Below are positions 9,053-17,671 of a stretch of 64,000 bases of DNA, piece after piece (the stretch's first letter is position 1; every line of letters begins with the position of its first letter). The position numbers and the translations under genes were made by a program. Source of the DNA: an uncultured Verrucomicrobiae bacterium. Its GTDB lineage: Bacteria; Verrucomicrobiota; Verrucomicrobiia; Limisphaerales; UBA8199. A model generated the notes under the pieces. That model was given only the letters and a program-made list of their open reading frames with translations. It searched no databases and had not been told where the DNA came from. The DNA is taken from positions 35,090 to 99,089 of the forward strand of contig CAVXLO010000049.1 in assembly GCA_963762555.1 (NCBI GenBank), read 5' to 3'.

Positions 9053-11481
9053 TCAGCCCGCTTTGCTGGCAAGCGCGGCTATTTTGACGGACTGGCTGCC
9101 CAAGGTTCCATGAGAAGCTGTAACCTGGATCCGACCGGCATGATCCGGCACGGTCTTGATCCAGACAGCTCCCGCGCCGCCACTGTCGTCCCAGCGGAAA
9201 GGGTTGTCCCCGACGATCACGCCGGGGCCGCTCAAGTTGAGAGTGACTTCGCCCCCGACGAAGGGGCGTGGGGCGCCATACTTGTCCAAGGCTCGAAATA
9301 CGAGCCGCGTGGCGTCCGAACCGTCGGCCACCAGTTTGGCATCGTCAGCTTTCAACCACAATTGATCGTGGGCGGGATCGGATGAGAAGGAGCGTGACAG
9401 CACGCGCTTCTTGCCGAGGAAACCGTCTATGCGCAACTCCGGCTTGGCGGCCCCATCCAGGGCGAGGTTGGCGAAGAACGGCGGGTATTTCAGGTGCGGA
9501 TAGTTCTTTCGGTCGGGGAGGACGGAGGCATGGAGCTTGCCGTTGACCCATAGCTCCAGCCGGTCGCAGTTGGAGAAGATCGCGGCTTGCTCGCCGGGGC
9601 CGGAGGGAGATTGCGGGCCGAAATCCCAATAGAAGTCGGGCTGGATGACCGGGCGCACTTTCGGGTCCACTTGCGCCTGGTAGAAGGAGGCGCCCAGTTT
9701 GGGAATGCGGAAGACGTCGGCTACGCCGGGACATTTAACCGTATTGTATGGGTTGACCAGGCTTGCGTAATCAAAGCCGCACCAGGCGACCACGCCGGCG
9801 ATCGCGCGGGGTGCGCTGGCCGCGGTCGTGGATTTGGGCGTGCCAGATCGCTTGTTGCTGCTGGAGCTTGAGGTCGCCGGCCCGGCGATACTTGCGGCCA
9901 AAGCCCCCTTTGCCCTTGCCGTAGGCGAATTGGCCAACTCCCTCGGCCAGGAAGTAGGGCACGCCGGGCAGCGGTTCGCGCACGCCGACGGTGCCGTCAG
10001 GGGCAGAGTGGTAGTCGTCGTACGCATAAACGTCCTGGAGCCAGTCCTTGGTCGAATAGCGGTTCATGGCTCCGGAGGTGGGGCGGGTATCGTCGAGGGC
10101 CTTGGCGGCCTCCTTGGTGCGGCGATACAAGGCCGGATTGTTCTCCGACTCATTAACGCGCACGCCCCAAATGACTACGGAGGGGCGGTTGCGGTCGCGC
10201 CTGACCATGTTCTCCACATCACGCACGGCCAGGTCTTGCCAGGCCTGGTCGCCGATGAATTGCCAGCCGGGCAGTTCTTCCCAGACCATCAGCCCCACCT
10301 CATCGCAGGCATCCAGGAAGGCGTCAGATTGCGGGTAATGGGAGCAGCGCACAAAGTTGACGTTGAACTCGTGGCGCAGAATCTCGGCGTCGCGGCGCTT
10401 GACCCGGGGCGGCATCGCGGCGCCCACGTAGGGATAAATCTCGTGCCGGTCCAGGCCGAATATCTGGAAGCGCCGGCCATTGAGGAAGAATCCGTCCAGC
10501 TCGAACCGCGCCTCACGGAAGCCAATGCGCGTGCGGTAATCATGCCAGGGCTGGTCGTTGACGAGGAGCGTGACTACGACCTCGTATAGGCGCGGGGTGG
10601 CCGGCTCCCACAGGGCGATGTTTCCCAACTTGGAAATGGTCAGCCCCACCGTCGTCTCGCCGGTCTTCTCCAGGTGCGGCCTCCTGAGTCGTGCTGGCGA
10701 TGAGATGGCCACGTTCGAGCAAGTCGGCTTTGACCCGGATTGCTCCTGCCGGAATGACGGCAGCATCGAGCGAACAACTGACCTCGACCCGGCGGTCGGC
10801 GTCGAGCACCTTAACCGGTTTGGCGAAGAGGTCGCGGATGAAGAGCGGCGGCACACATCGCAAGCTGACCGGCCGGTGTATCCCGGCCGGTTCCAGGTAA
10901 TCAACTGCCGCTACTCCCTTGGGCGAACCTTCCGGCGGCACCTGCAGCCAGCGGCCATCTACGGCCAGGGCCAGGACGTTGTTACCGGGCACAAGCTGCC
11001 CGGTGACTTCGTAGTCGAACGGGAGATACCCGCCCAGGTGCTCCGCCAGGGCACGGCCATTAAGGAAAGGCGCCGCGCCGGTCATCACCCCGTCAAAGTG
11101 GATGAACGCACGCAGGTTCTTCAGCTCGGTCGGCAACTCGAAATGCCGCCGGTAGATCCACCGGTCGGCCCACGCCCCCGGCTCCCAGTTTTGCCAGGAG
11201 AGCTTGGCGACGCAATGCGGCAAGGCGACGCGTGAGAATGCGTTGTCCTCAAACCCCGGCGCCTGGGCGGCGGGGTTCAACTTGCCGCCAAAGAGCCAGT
11301 CCTGGTCCAGCCGGATAATGCGGCTGGCCGGGCCTGAGGGGTGGGTGGTCGCGCCCGCAGTCGCGTTCCGGTTTCCCAAAATGGGGCCGGCGGCCAGCGC
11401 GGTCGCGCCCAGGGCGCAGTGGCGAAGAAAGTCCCGGCGCGAGACTGCGCTTGGGGCAAGTTGGTCTGTTTTCACATTCAT
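9053..11481 (-). pseudogene. Glycoside hydrolase family 2 (beta-galactosidase/mannosidase-like) with a Tat-type signal; the frame is broken twice
   Basis: MNVKTDQLAPSAVSRRDFLRHCALGATALAA (twin-Arg). Sugar-binding domain ...DQDWLFGG..., catalytic region ...NFVRCSHYPQS...MVWEELPGW...NRPSVVIWGVRVNES..., and C-terminal domains in ORF 9053-10027. Frame switches are near 10676 (..IASTTQEAA|LEKTGETTVGL) and near 9822 (..HAQIHDR|AASAPRAIAGVVAWCGFDY). Confidence 0.8.
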
Positions 11482-11658
11482 GTTGCAGTTGAACTCTAAG
11501 GAATTCCGAGGAGCCGCTGAGGCTGCCAGGTGCATTGTTTACACGCCGACCCAATCCGGGCAATAGTCCAAATGGGCTGTTTTCGGATCGGAGCACCGGC
11601 ATGTTGTCGGCTTAGCCCGCATATTTCATGCTCCGATTGAAACACCCACAGGCTGCAA

Positions 11659-11726
11659 GGTAGGGACGCCTCGCCGAGGCGTCCGCTGTGGGCACCTGAC
11701 GGACGCCTCGGCGAGGCGTCCCTACC
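11659..11726. repeat. REP-like inverted repeat (GGTAGGGACGCCTCGCCGAGGCGTCC ... GGACGCCTCGGCGAGGCGTCCCTACC)
   Basis: Two 26-nt arms around a 16-nt spacer, and each arm is itself palindromic. A related GGTAGGG-GCGTCGG motif occurs at 12500-12535. Confidence 0.85.
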
Positions 11727-11756
11727 AGCGTGAAATATCCGGGTTAGGAGGTCTGA

Positions 11757-12155
11757 ATGATAGGCATTTGCTTTCCCTACAAGGCCGCCGCTGGACGGCC
11801 TTCGCCGGTGGTGTCGGCAGGGTTGTGCGTCGCGGGAAAATGGCGCGCGGTCGAGTTGTATGTGGATTCCGGCGCCTTCTACACGCTGATGCATGCCACA
11901 CACGCCGTGGATTGCGGCCTGGCTTTCAAGAAAGGGCGGAAGGTGTTCGCGCAGGTGGGTGAGGGCAGCCTCATCCCCGTGTTCTTGCACCGGCTGCCGA
12001 TGCAAATCGGCGGAGAGCGGTTCGAGGCGACGGTTGGCTTCTCCGAAAAGCTGGGCGTCCGTTTCAACCTGTTGGGACGGCAGGACGTGTTCGAGCAGTT
12101 CAAGATTTGCTTTCACGAGAAGCGCAAGGTGGAGACGTTCCAAACGCTACCTTAG
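11757..12155 (+). CDS. Retropepsin-like (clan AA) aspartyl protease family protein
   Basis: VELYVDSGAFYTLM (D-S-G-A active-site signature), about 130 aa, and a typical ...NLLGRQDVFEQF tail. Confidence 0.6.
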   Translation: MIGICFPYKAAAGRPSPVVSAGLCVAGKWRAVELYVDSGAFYTLMHATHAVDCGLAFKKGRKVFAQVGEGSLIPVFLHRLPMQIGGERFEATVGFSEKLGVRFNLLGRQDVFEQFKICFHEKRKVETFQTLP

Positions 12156-12313
12156 TTGGGGCACTGCCCTTGTCGCAGCACGGCCTCGACCTGCTCGCGG
12201 GCCACGCCGGGAAACCAGCTCAGAAACTCGTCCACGGTGGCGCCACCTTCGAGGTTCTCGAACAAAGCCCGCACCGGCACCCGCATCTTCTTGAACACCC
12301 AGGCGCCGCTCAC
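12152..12313 (-). CDS. DUF433-like small protein, probably N-terminally truncated (only a GTG start is available)
   Basis: Own translation: (V)SGAWVFKKMRVPVRALFENLEGGATVDEFLSWFPGVAREQVEAVLRQGQCPN-stop. This matches the G-x-P-V-F-x-G-T-R-V-P...FL..FP.V..EQ pattern of DUF433. The in-frame upstream sequence runs into a tandem repeat and a stop. Its stop overlaps the stop of the convergent 11757-12155 ORF. Confidence 0.4.
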   Translation of the reverse strand: MSGAWVFKKMRVPVRALFENLEGGATVDEFLSWFPGVAREQVEAVLRQGQCPN

Positions 12314-12334
12314 CTTTGCGGAGGGGGGCGCGTG

Positions 12335-12457
12335 GAGCCTCAGGGTAGCCCAGGTGGAGCCTCGGGGTAGCCTCAGGGAAGCCTCAGGATAGCCTCCGGG
12401 TAGCTACCGGTTGGCTACCAGTAAGCCTCGGGATAGCCTGAGGGTGGCCGTAAGCCG
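12335..12457. repeat. Degenerate tandem repeat, about 10 units of an 11-nt period (consensus roughly TCRGGRTAGCC)
   Basis: ...gagcctcagggtagcc caggtggagcctcggggtagcc tcagggaagcc tcaggatagcc tccgggtagc taccggttggc taccagtaagcc tcgggatagcc tgagggtggcc... Confidence 0.8.
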
Positions 12458-12485
12458 GGTCCGGCTGTTCAAGGTTCAAGGTTCG

Positions 12486-12547
12486 GAGCAAGTGTGTCGA
12501 GGTAGGGGCGTCGGGTAACCGACGTCCCTACCTCGACACACTTGCTC
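12486..12547. repeat. Long hairpin: 29-bp stem (1 mismatch) with GTAA loop
   Basis: GAGCAAGTGTGTCGAGGTAGGGGCGTCGG-GTAA-CCGACGTCCCTACCTCGACACACTTGCTC, preceded by CAAGGTT x2. Confidence 0.9.
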
Positions 12548-12639
12548 TCACAGTAAGCCTGTTCGGTGCGGATGGCGTAGTGCTTGACCCGCAGCACCTC
12601 TCGCACCTGGTCCATCAGCTTGAGCTTGGGGTTGGGAAT
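12547..12639 (-). pseudogene. N-terminal stub (about 25-30 codons) of a tyrosine recombinase of the integron-integrase/SAM-like N-domain type
   Basis: ...PKLKLMDQVREVLRVKHYAIRTEQAYC. This is the very conserved start of that family, and it then runs directly into the 12486-12547 hairpin with no further integrase sequence. Confidence 0.6.
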
Positions 12640-12821
12640 CACCAAATCCCGACTGTGGGCCGGATCACCACCCCCGCCGCCCGGAGCCCTTGCCTTTTTG
12701 TCTTGCCCGCCTGTACTCCATGCGCTTACTCTGGCAGCATGGTCAGGCCAGAGGCAAGCAATTCCGCGTTTGTCGGCCAATACGCACTTAGGCCGAATTC
12801 TTTCCGTCTAAACAAATAGTT

Positions 12822-13256
12822 ATGCCTGAGCCAGAATCCCTTTCAAAGCGGTTCCGTCAGTTGCGAGAACGGGCCGGGCTCTCCGAGAATGAGGCTGGGG
12901 AGAGGATGGGGGTTTCGGTGTGGGACATCGAGGCGTTTGAGGACGAGCTTACCACCTGCTACTCGCCAGTGCAGGTGCGAGATTTCTGCCGAGTTCTGCA
13001 GGCGCAGCCAGCGGAGCTGCTTGCGGTAAACACTTCTGAGCCGCCCGTCTCCGCGCAGGAGCTGGTTGGGCTAATCCGGGGAGAGTGCCGTAAACGGGGT
13101 GTGACGCTGGATCAGTTCGAGGATGCTGTGGGGTGGCGGCTGGGCCAATGCATGGACCCTCCTGAACGATTGTTAGAGGACATGACCTTGGACGGTTTGC
13201 AGTGGCTCTGCCGGGAGCTTGGCATTGACTGGCACAGAGTTATCTTGAGCCTATGA
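12822..13256 (+). CDS. XRE-type helix-turn-helix domain protein
   Basis: RFRQLRERAGLSENEAGERMGVSVWDIEAFE (HTH_3-like), 144 aa, in an AT-richer block. Confidence 0.7.
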   Translation: MPEPESLSKRFRQLRERAGLSENEAGERMGVSVWDIEAFEDELTTCYSPVQVRDFCRVLQAQPAELLAVNTSEPPVSAQELVGLIRGECRKRGVTLDQFEDAVGWRLGQCMDPPERLLEDMTLDGLQWLCRELGIDWHRVILSL

Positions 13257-13455
13257 AGTTAAGGCATAACGAGGCTGCTTCAGGCAACGGCGCGGCGGCA
13301 CTTCTGTTCCCTGTTCGGTGCCTGGGGCGCGCCGTGCCTGAGCAGATTTTACAATTGTGATTTCTCCCCCTCCCTCGCTCTGGCTCGCCATATCGCCACG
13401 GGGAGCGAATGCGGGGCGTTGTTGACTGCTGGCAAGGGCGTGCCCATATTCCGCT

Positions 13456-14052
13456 ATGAGTGCAGACGAATTGATAACCACAACAATCCGACTCCCCTTC
13501 AGTAATATCAAGGAGCTAGTCCGGCAATGCGAACGGGACTATCTCTTGCCCCGCCAAGTAATTGCTCGCAGCTTGGGTGCAACGAACGAAAACCTTGGGG
13601 AACCCGTCCTCTTCAACATTCCATATCGGGACAGGCGGGATTCCCGGTTTTATGAGGGTTTATTGTCCATCCAAGAAAGAGAGTCTATTGGACTGAGGAA
13701 AAACCAACAAAAGAGGATTTACCTCGCAATCGTTTCGCAGATTGCGAAAGCGATGCCCCAAAAGTTTGCAGAAGTAGCCCCCAACCTGTACGGGACTAAG
13801 CGGATATACTTCGCTCGCAGCCGTGAGGCAGTGGCAGGCATAGGAAAAAAGTATGATGCATCCTCCATACCTGAGACGGGCTGGTTTGCGTACGTCAGCA
13901 GCGGCGGAGAGGGGAAACGGAAAATACTTGCTGAGTTGATGCGTCGTGTTGGCGGGTTCTCTGAGGATTACATTGAGAATATATCACGGGCACCTTATGA
14001 AAAGTTTCCTGCCCTGTCGGGCATTGAACTCAAAGCACTCAAGCCACTATGA
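13456..14052 (+). CDS. Hypothetical protein (no family recognised)
   Basis: 198-aa ORF with coding-like composition, on the same strand as its neighbours, in the AT-richer block. Confidence 0.55.
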   Translation: MSADELITTTIRLPFSNIKELVRQCERDYLLPRQVIARSLGATNENLGEPVLFNIPYRDRRDSRFYEGLLSIQERESIGLRKNQQKRIYLAIVSQIAKAMPQKFAEVAPNLYGTKRIYFARSREAVAGIGKKYDASSIPETGWFAYVSSGGEGKRKILAELMRRVGGFSEDYIENISRAPYEKFPALSGIELKALKPL

Positions 14053-14209
14053 CACCGAAACACTTTTCTTGCAGAGCGATTTACGAAGTGTGGCCCCTTT
14101 CACCAAAGGGAGCGGCTGCAAGCCAACAATCTCTTCTTGTAATCCTCCAGCATTTCTGCATTATGGCGATATGAGTCGGGCATTGCTCGAAATTGAAAGG
14201 CTAAACCAA

Positions 14210-15700
14210 ATGAAACCATCAGCGAACCTCTCCTTCTGGCGGTCCACCGCCGCCGTTATTGCCATCCTGAGCATCTTTGGCATCACGGTTGCCCCGGGTG
14301 CTTTTGCCCAAGGCGCTTATTGGGTCACAGACTTAGGCAGTTTGGGCGGCAACGGCTCCTATGCAACCTGCATTAACAACAGCGGTCAGGTTGCAGGAAA
14401 CTCCGAAATCACTAACTATTCCAGCATCGGCACTACGCACGCCTTCTTGTGGAGCGCAGGCGGCATGACGGATTTAGGCACTCTTGACGGCGGGTCAAGC
14501 TATGCCACGAGCATCAACAATAGTGGCCAAGTTGCGGGCTACATCAGCACTACCAATAGCGGCTATGAGGCGTTCCTTTACACCGGCGTGACGATGACTG
14601 GGCTTTACCCAGCGACCCTAACTACGAGTGCGACCGGGATCAATGGTGCCGCCCAAGTGGTCGGCAATTTCGGTTCCGGCGGTTACATTGCTGGCTTCGG
14701 AGGTTTTCTGTTTAGTGCGGGAATGGGGGGAGGCATCGACATCTTGGAGGCATACGGAATCAACGACAGCGGTCTGGTTGCGGGAGTGTCATCAGACCAC
14801 CTTGCTGTCATTTTCAACGCAGCGACTGGCGCAAAAACATACTTGGGCACGCTTGGAGGTGCAGGTGGGTCAACCACCCCATCCGCTATCAACCAGAACG
14901 GTCAGGTTGCGGGAGGGGGGCATACTTCTAGTGCATACAATAGCCAAACCCACGCCTTCCTCTGGAGTAGCGGGATAATGACAGACTTGGGCACGCTGGG
15001 TGGCTACAATAGTTGGGCGTACGGAATCAATAACGACGGGCAGGTTGTTGGACGTTCATCAAGATCAACAACCAACAACTCTGATGCAGCCTTCCTCTAC
15101 AGCGGAGGAAACATGACCGACTTGAACAACCTCATTCCGGCCAGCCCCGGCTGGACGCTGACGCAGGCCAACGCCATCAATGGCAGCGGCCAGATTGTAG
15201 GCTTCGGCTTCAATCCTTCGGGCCAAACCCATGCATTCTTGCTAACCCCAGTTCCTGTGCCGCACCGGGCCACCGCCTCGGCTGTTGTCAGCAACGGCGT
15301 GGTGGCCAACATTACTGTTACGGATAGGGGTTTCGGTTACACCAATCCGCCCATCGTCTTGATTCAAGGCGGAGGCGATGCTACTGCCACGGCTGTTGTC
15401 AGTAATGGCGTAGTGGTCAACATCGTAATCACCGATGCTGGAGTCGGCTATACGAGTACCCCGAGCATCTACATCTATTCTCCTTTTGGTTTGCAAGTCG
15501 GGCTGTTGAAAGCCGTGCAACCTTCCTTCACGGATTTGTTCCTCGGCACAAATTACCAACTACAGGTTTCCAGCGACCTGAGCAATTGGACAAACCAAGG
15601 CTCGCCATTCACGGCGACCAACCCTGCTTTGGCGTACCCGCAATACTGGAACGTGGACAATTGGAATCAGCTTTTCTTCCGCTTAGAGATTAGTCCTTAG
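14210..15700 (+). CDS. Secreted HAF-family extracellular repeat protein with a C-terminal FYRV-type tail
   Basis: GAAAGG precedes the ATG at 14210. Signal MKPSANLSFWRSTAAVIAILSIFGITVAPGAFAQG. Repeated ...INNSGQVAG...THAFLWS.GGMTDLGTLGG... units. Internal duplication ATA(S/T)AVVSNGVV(A/V)NI..TD.G.GYT. The protein ends ...NQLFFRLEISP. Confidence 0.85.
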   Translation: MKPSANLSFWRSTAAVIAILSIFGITVAPGAFAQGAYWVTDLGSLGGNGSYATCINNSGQVAGNSEITNYSSIGTTHAFLWSAGGMTDLGTLDGGSSYATSINNSGQVAGYISTTNSGYEAFLYTGVTMTGLYPATLTTSATGINGAAQVVGNFGSGGYIAGFGGFLFSAGMGGGIDILEAYGINDSGLVAGVSSDHLAVIFNAATGAKTYLGTLGGAGGSTTPSAINQNGQVAGGGHTSSAYNSQTHAFLWSSGIMTDLGTLGGYNSWAYGINNDGQVVGRSSRSTTNNSDAAFLYSGGNMTDLNNLIPASPGWTLTQANAINGSGQIVGFGFNPSGQTHAFLLTPVPVPHRATASAVVSNGVVANITVTDRGFGYTNPPIVLIQGGGDATATAVVSNGVVVNIVITDAGVGYTSTPSIYIYSPFGLQVGLLKAVQPSFTDLFLGTNYQLQVSSDLSNWTNQGSPFTATNPALAYPQYWNVDNWNQLFFRLEISP

Positions 15701-15741
15701 CGGAGGGCACTTGTTTTCAGGCCCCATCTGTCAAAAGTCAA

Positions 15742-16029
15742 GTGGCATTAAGCAAGCACCTTACAATTGCCATGCTAGAGGACGAGGAGAAACGAGAATT
15801 GAGACGGGAAATCGGGCAGCTAAGGGAGCAGCAGGAGAGGGACCGCCAAGCGACCCGCACAAAGCTATTCTGGGCCATGTGGCTGATTCCATTAATCTTA
15901 ATTCAGTTGGGTGCGCCTGATGCTGCGATAGCCGGAGGTTCAGTGGGGCTGGTCGGCTTATGGTTTTTGGGGTTTCCGCTGGCCTACTGGTTTTACCATA
16001 AGTTTCTCACCGACAAATCGAAGGACTGA
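15742..16029 (+). CDS. Small membrane protein (charged coiled N-terminus, two TM helices); alternative start at 15772
   Basis: MLEDEEKRELRREIGQLREQQERDRQ, then LFWAMWLIPLILIQLG and GLVGLWFLGFPLAYWFY. Confidence 0.55.
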   Translation: MALSKHLTIAMLEDEEKRELRREIGQLREQQERDRQATRTKLFWAMWLIPLILIQLGAPDAAIAGGSVGLVGLWFLGFPLAYWFYHKFLTDKSKD

Positions 16030-16115
16030 AATTCGGGAAATCCTCCGAGCACCGTCGGCACGGTCGTTAAGATCATAGTCTCGGATACGGGCTTTCGTTA
16101 CACGAAGCTGCCTTC

Positions 16116-16310
16116 CTATCTCAGCAGCGGGAGCAGTTGATTTGAGCTGCGACCAGTGATTGTGCCGCTGGCGTCCCTTGTAATGCCTGTATCGGTTTCA
16201 TACCGTCCAAGAATTCGGCCCGTCTTGTCGCGGAGCGTATCCCGATTGCCTGACCCGGTTTCACGGTAGCCGATGATTTCCGATTTTCCGCTGCGTATGG
16301 TTTCTCTCAT
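16116..16310 (-). CDS. Small hypothetical protein with reiterated G-x-I/L-x-G-R/Y motifs
   Basis: 64 aa: ...GKSEIIGYRETGSGNRDTLRDKTGRILGRYETDTGITRDASGTITGRSS... Confidence 0.4.
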   Translation of the reverse strand: MRETIRSGKSEIIGYRETGSGNRDTLRDKTGRILGRYETDTGITRDASGTITGRSSNQLLPLLR

Positions 16311-16373
16311 TTCGTTACCTAACTTTTGATTTGCTGCCCGACACCGGCCAACCGGAGTCGGGCGGCGTAGTAT

Positions 16374-16670
16374 TTAGGCGACTTTCAACAGGCGGTGAAC
16401 TTGGGTTGCGGTGAATTCGCACCCGCGATTGGTTTTAATCCCCCTCAGATTCAACGCGTTGGCGATTTCACCCAATTTGCTCAGCCGGGTCACTTCCATT
16501 ATTTCCGTGACGATGCTGCGAAGTTTGGCGTTGCGGTCGGCGGCGAGTTGTTTCCAAGCCTCGTTGGCCTTCGGGATGGCTTCTTCGTAGCGGGGATTTC
16601 CGAATTTGACCCCTCGGGCTCGGGCGGCTTCCAAGGCGAGCTTGGTGCGGTTGGAAATCAGGGGAAAAGG
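16374..16670 (-). pseudogene. C-terminal (DNA-binding) part of a serine recombinase/resolvase; the catalytic N-domain is missing
   Basis: ...NRTKLALEAARARGVKFGNPR...EIANALNLRGIKTNRGCEFTATQVHRLLK. The upstream in-frame residues (GQTIAWVTSAMDDVPSYG) are the translation of the palindromic element at 16672-16729. Confidence 0.65.
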
Positions 16671-16671
16671 G

Positions 16672-16729
16672 CCATAGCTTGGGACATCATCCATAGCACT
16701 CGTGACCCAAGCTATGGTTTGACCCCTGG
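16672..16729. repeat. Partial copy of a palindromic element (shared with 37118-37184, opposite orientation)
   Basis: CCATAGCTTGGGACATCATCCATAGCACTCGTGACCCAAGCTATGGTTTGACCCCTGG. Its reverse complement matches 37118-37175 with one mismatch. Confidence 0.85.
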
Positions 16730-16859
16730 AATGAAACCCGCTCACTGCAGAACCGTCAATCCGCAATTATCAAATGTTGAGATGTGGCCCCGTTGGCTTA
16801 TTGTCGGCCTGCAAAAAGGGCGTCGCCAAGGGGCGGGGAGCGGTGTAATACAGAATTGT

Positions 16860-17126
16860 ATGGCAAACATTTTGACCCTGCGCCTGCCGCCGGCGAAGCT
16901 GGCGAAGTTGGATCGGCGCGCAGCGGAACTGGGCCGTGACCGGTCCGGATACCTCCGGGCGCTGATTGATCGGGACCTGGAGCAGCCGCCCCAAGAGGGC
17001 CGCCACCGGTTCGCGTCCGAGGACCTGATTGGGGCATTCGACACCGGTCAGGGCGGGGCGGACAACGCCACGGTGCGCCGTCTGATCCGTTTGCGGATGC
17101 GCAAGCGCCGTGAAGAACCTCGCTGA
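16860..17126 (+). CDS. vapB: Ribbon-helix-helix (CopG-like) antitoxin
   Basis: MANILTLRLPPAKLAKLDRRAAELGRDRSGYLRALI. It overlaps the downstream PIN gene by 17 nt. Confidence 0.75.
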   Translation: MANILTLRLPPAKLAKLDRRAAELGRDRSGYLRALIDRDLEQPPQEGRHRFASEDLIGAFDTGQGGADNATVRRLIRLRMRKRREEPR

Positions 17127-17511
17127 TACCGGCCTGTTGGCTGCGGCGCTGGATCGGTCCGATCCCTGGCATAACTGGGGCGCCGCGTGCTTGCGGCAGG
17201 CCGGGCCGTTTTATACATGCGACGCCGTGCTGGCAGAGTTGAGTTTCGTCATCAACGACCCCATCCCCGGGCTGAAGTTGGTCGCGCGCGGCGATTTGAT
17301 TCTGGATTTTGATCTGCGGGCCCAGCTTGGCCGTATCCTGGAACTGCTGGACAAATACCATGACCGGCGGATGGGGTTGGCGGATGCCTGCCTGGTGCGC
17401 ATGAGCGAGCTCACCGATGCTTGCAAGATTTGGACGGTGGACCGGGCGGACTTTTGCGTTTACCAACGGCACGGTCGGGCTGTAATCCCCTGTGAGTTTC
17501 CCGAGGCCTGA
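17110..17511 (+). CDS. vapC: PIN-domain ribonuclease toxin
   Basis: GTG start. Acidic PIN residues are in LADTGLL, CDAVLAE, GLADACLV and WTVDRADF. 133 aa. Confidence 0.8.
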   Translation: MKNLADTGLLAAALDRSDPWHNWGAACLRQAGPFYTCDAVLAELSFVINDPIPGLKLVARGDLILDFDLRAQLGRILELLDKYHDRRMGLADACLVRMSELTDACKIWTVDRADFCVYQRHGRAVIPCEFPEA

Positions 17512-17671
17512 GAGGCTTCCTTGCGAAGGCGGGCTCAGATAGGACCAACGCCGCTACCAACGTAACTACTCAGGTCTAGAATAGACCGGATACTTCCTCG
17601 TCGGATTTGTGGGGGCAAGATTTCTTCATTTTGTACGGAACTCCAAAAAATCCTCTTGGTAGTCTGACCGC

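Noticed and set aside
11496-12143. 215-aa minus-strand ORF opposite the retropepsin-like gene
   Set aside because: It runs through the REP inverted repeat and has no recognisable features. The plus-strand ORF carries the DSGA signature.
12780-16100. Integron cassette array with attC sites downstream of the integrase stub
   Set aside because: I looked for RYYYAAC...GTTRRRY imperfect inverted repeats after each ORF (13257-13455, 14053-14209, 15701-15741, 16030-16115). I found only weak partial matches, and one spacer is only 41 nt. It is kept as a hypothesis to test, not called.
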